From Octopus sinensis (taxonomy: Eukaryota): a DNA stretch of 22,613 bases. The DNA lies in contig NW_021836891.1 in the NCBI RefSeq assembly GCF_006345805.1, forward strand, positions 1-22,613, read 5' to 3'. How positions within the stretch are numbered: the stretch's first letter is position 1; the number at the start of each line of letters is the position of its first letter. Made by a program: the position numbers and the translations under genes. The notes under the pieces were generated by a model. That model saw nothing but the letters and a program-made list of their open reading frames with translations. It searched no databases and was not told the DNA's origin. Of the stretch, positions 21,570-22,613 are shown piece after piece.

Positions 21570-22574
21570 TATGTGTGTGTGTATATGTGTGTGTGCGCGC
21601 GCAAACGTTCGGGTGCGCGGTCATGTACAGATGCGCACACTCGCATCAATATACACATGCACGCAAAACGATATGAACATATCTGCACACCCACATATAA
21701 AAGTATATACTTGCACATGCCGTCCCTTCCTACTTCCTCCACCATCCAACAACTTGACCGATTTCCAATGGCCACTTGCTCTATTTCCTGTCCTCCTCGA
21801 GATCAATTTCATGCTCACTATGCTGTATTTTTCAGCTAACTCTTACCGATATACTAATATCAAACCACGATACCGTCTGAGCTTCCTCGGCCATCGCAGT
21901 ACACGTTACGGTAATAACAATCAACTTCTGTCATTGAAATTCGAAATGGCTGACGACTAGCATCACGCTTGAAACTCGAGAGTAGCAACGAATATTAATC
22001 AAACTGTTTTGATTCATACATGTAACTCCCAATAAATTGGTTGAGTGCCCTTCTTTCATTTGTCCACTCACTCGTGTGTGTGAGTGTGCGTAGCTATGTT
22101 TGCGCCGCTTTGTCTTTGTAGGTAGATATATATATTTGTAAGTCTCATAAGAACGACGGCACCGTCAAAATATACGATGTATATTCATCATTTTTAGACT
22201 TGTAACACACACGCGCGCACAAACACAGACACACGCACAAACGTGCACAAAGACACACACACACACATGCACGCATACCCACATATGCATATACACATAA
22301 ACACAAACATACACAAGACTAGCCTTTCGAACATTTATGTCACCTGGAATCGCAGACGCCATCTTGAATGGTCATAACTAAAGTTAAGATGGCTTCATCT
22401 CTCATCCCATCACATATATTTCACTTCAATTTCCCTCACTTTCCAATTGGTTGTTTTTGTACGACCATCCAACCGCTTCGTGCGCACGCGCATGTGATGC
22501 CTGTATGTGTGTGCATATATAACATAAATTCATGGTCATATTCCAATATGTGAATTCGATATTACTCGCAAGAC

Positions 22575-22613
22575 CGTAGTGATGAGCTGGCAGAATCGTT
22601 AAGGTGCGGAACA
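22575..22613 (+). mobile_element. SINE family C 5' end, truncated by window edge
   Basis: GATGAGCTGGCAGAATCGTTA matches the head at about 12704. Confidence 0.7.

Larger units (their letters stand above)
20678..22126 (-). mobile_element. Helitron: clear 3' end at 20678, tentative 5' end at 22126
   Basis: Minus 3' end TCCGATCAACGACGGGTATTCTGCTAG followed by T resembles the end of the 1599-1983 element; candidate 5' start A|TCTACCTACAAAGACAAAG. The extent is uncertain. Confidence 0.55.

Noticed and set aside
21571-21960. 129-aa ORF
   Set aside because: Starts in a TG microsatellite and has no recognisable domain.

Overview
Eukaryotic, AT-rich, repeat-saturated non-coding DNA (intron or intergenic). 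The SINE families and microsatellite load look like a coleoid cephalopod, probably Octopus (inference from recognition, no search run). I find no supportable intact protein-coding gene; most listed ORFs are artefacts of (TA)n/(CA)n/(CTA)n repeats. The window holds about 14 tRNA-derived SINE copies or fragments of about four families, a full-length decayed mariner (TIRs, TA target duplication), two RTE-clade LINE remnants and one complete non-autonomous Helitron. A second Helitron 3' end is followed by a 50-bp perfect palindrome and a Penelope-like (PLE) GIY-YIG remnant. There is also a ~2-kb TA/CA low-complexity tract. The most notable structure is 1150-2925: a head-to-head fold-back of tandem ~270-350-bp units carrying four decayed type I hammerhead-ribozyme-like motifs of two kinds, resembling PLE pseudo-LTRs or a non-LTR retrozyme, later interrupted by a Helitron.
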